DNA of 64,000 nucleotides from Candidatus Eiseniibacteriota bacterium (GTDB lineage Bacteria; Eisenbacteria; RBG-16-71-46): NCBI GenBank assembly GCA_963717935.1, contig CAVQXP010000004.1, positions 1,984,001 to 2,048,000 of the forward strand, read 5' to 3'. Shown piece by piece: positions 62,314 to 64,000 of this stretch (position 1 is its first letter; each line of letters starts with the position of its first letter). The notes under the pieces were generated by a model. It saw only the letters and a program-made list of their open reading frames with translations, ran no database searches and was not told where the DNA came from. The position numbers and the translations under genes were made by a program.

Positions 62314-63608
62314 GTGAAGAAGAAGAAGTGGTTGTGGATCGGCGTCGCCGTGGCGCTGGTCGCCGCCGTCGTGGTCGCGAACGTCGTCCGCGGCAGGGCG
62401 GGCAAGGTCGAGGCCGTGCAGCTGGCGCGCGTGCGCCTGGAAGACATCACCTCGCGGGTGCGCGCCCCGGGAAAGATCGAGGCGAAGACCCAGGTCAAGG
62501 TGAGCGCGGACATCATGGGCAAGATCGTCGTGCTGGCCGTCAAGGAGGGGGACCGCGTCCGCAAGGGGCAGCTCATGCTGCAGCTCGACGATACGCAGTA
62601 CCGCGCGTACGACGGGCAGGCACGCGCCACCGCCGCGAGCGCGCGGGCGCGTGCGCGCGAGGCGGAGCAGACCTTGAAGGGGGCCGAGGCCACGTACCGG
62701 CGGCAGCAGGCGCTGTTCGAGCAGAGGCTGCTCTCCGAGGCGGAGAAGGACCAGGCCGACAGCGCGATCCAGGCCGCCCGCAGCGCCGCGCAGGCCGCGC
62801 GGCAGGAGGTCCTCCGCGCCGACGCCACCGTCGTCGCCGCGGCCGACAACCTGCGCAAGACGCGCTTCGATCGCCCCGTTCGACGGCGTGGTGAGCGCGC
62901 TGAACGTCGAGGCGGGGGAGAACGTGATCACCGGCACCATGAACAACCCCGGCACGGAGATCCTGGTCGTCTCGGATCTCTCGCGGATGCTCGTGAAGGC
63001 CGACGTGGACGAGACGGACGTCGTGGACATGAAGCTCGGGCAGAAGGCGAAGATCACCGTGGATGCCCTGCCCGACACGTCGTTCCCCGGAACCGTCACC
63101 GAGGTCGGCAACACGGCGAAGCGCTCGCTCACCTCGGCGGTCGAAGGGCAGACCAACTTCGAGGTCAAGGTCGTCTTCGACGCGGACGTGCCCGCAGGTG
63201 CGGCCGGGGATGACGGCCGACGTCGAGATCGAGACCGGGACCCATGCGAAGGCGCTGGGCGTGCCCATCCAGGCGGTCGTCGTGCGCACCGAGCGCGAGC
63301 TCGAGCGCGCCGCCCGCAAGCCCGGCGCCCGCCCGAGGCGTCCGGCCAGCACGGCGCTGGCCGCCGAGGACGACACCGTGGGACGCAAGGACAAGGAGAT
63401 CACCGGTGTCTTCGTGGTCGGGAAGGACAACATCGCGAAGTTCGTCCCGGTCCGCACCGGGATCGCGAGCGAGTCTGCGATCGAGCTCTACGGCGCGGTC
63501 AAGGGCGGGGACGTGGTCGTGGCGGGGCCGTACAAGGCGCTGCGCGACCTCAAGCCCGGCGCCAAGGTGAAGCGCGAGAAGGCGCCCGCCGCCCGCGAGC
63601 GCAGGTAG
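62314..63608 (+). CDS. Efflux periplasmic adaptor / membrane fusion protein (frameshifts near 62870 and 63195)
   Basis: N-terminal [37 protein letters not shown]. Confidence 0.88.
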
Positions 63609-63613
63609 CCGGC

Positions 63614-64000
63614 ATGCTCATCGCGATCCGCGACCTGCACCGCGTCTACCAGGTCGGTACCGAGGAGGTACACGCCCTCAACGGCGTGAGCCTCGACATC
63701 GAGCGCAACGAGTACCTCGCGATCATGGGCCCTTCGGGCTCGGGGAAGTCGACGCTCATGAACATCGTCGGCTGCCTCGACACGCCGTCCGCGGGCTCCT
63801 ACAAGCTCAACGACCGTGAGATCGGGGCGCTGTCGGACGACGAGCTCGCCGGCATCCGCAACCAGGAGATCGGGTTCGTGTTCCAGACCTTCAACCTGCT
63901 CCCCCGGGCGGACGCGCTCCACAACGTCGAGCTGCCGCTCATCTACGCCGGGTACAAGCACGAGGAGCGGCGGCGGCGCGCGAAGGAGGCGCTCGAGCTG
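63614..64000 (+). CDS. MacB/YknY-type ABC transporter ATP-binding protein (truncated by window end)
   Basis: [24 protein letters not shown]. Confidence 0.9.
   Translation, partial: MLIAIRDLHRVYQVGTEEVHALNGVSLDIERNEYLAIMGPSGSGKSTLMNIVGCLDTPSAGSYKLNDREIGALSDDELAGIRNQEIGFVFQTFNLLPRADALHNVELPLIYAGYKHEERRRRAKEALEL

Overview
Very GC-rich, gene-dense core chromosome of a diderm (LPS-producing) bacterium. The LpxC-FabZ fusion, the ExbB-ExbD-ExbD-TonB/PstS-like/TPR locus and the archaeal-type ProRS suggest the FCB superphylum, possibly Ca. Eisenbacteria (inference only). Almost all genes are on the + strand. In order: rsfS-argS-pfkB; an unusual signalling cassette (conserved hypothetical, an unannotated 16-aa peptide MDLILVLLEFFGRAGW behind a perfect Shine-Dalgarno, and a membrane-sensor HD-GYP protein) coupled to purM and a sensor-less sigma-54 activator; lnt, asd, ecfT, truA, htrA; purB-purL-purQ-(tandem PurS-like)-purF; lysS-lolE-lolD-mcsA-mcsB-clpC-bamA-skp and the lipid A/LPS cluster (lpxD, lpxC-fabZ, lpxA, gnnA-like, lpxB, DUF374, waaA, lpxK, msbA, two GT9, gmhB) with nadB, a Minf_1886-family gene and proS interspersed; a minus-strand TPR + DUF4388 pair; asnS; a candidate structured RNA; a PstS-like/TPR/2xSTAS/ExbBDD/TonB locus; and a Yip1-TolC-MFP-ABC export locus running off the end. 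About 16 genes, several essential, carry apparent single-base insertions best explained as sequencing/consensus errors. No rRNA, tRNA, CRISPR array or mobile element was recognised. The best candidate for an undescribed system is the peptide / HD-GYP cassette at 3170-5484.
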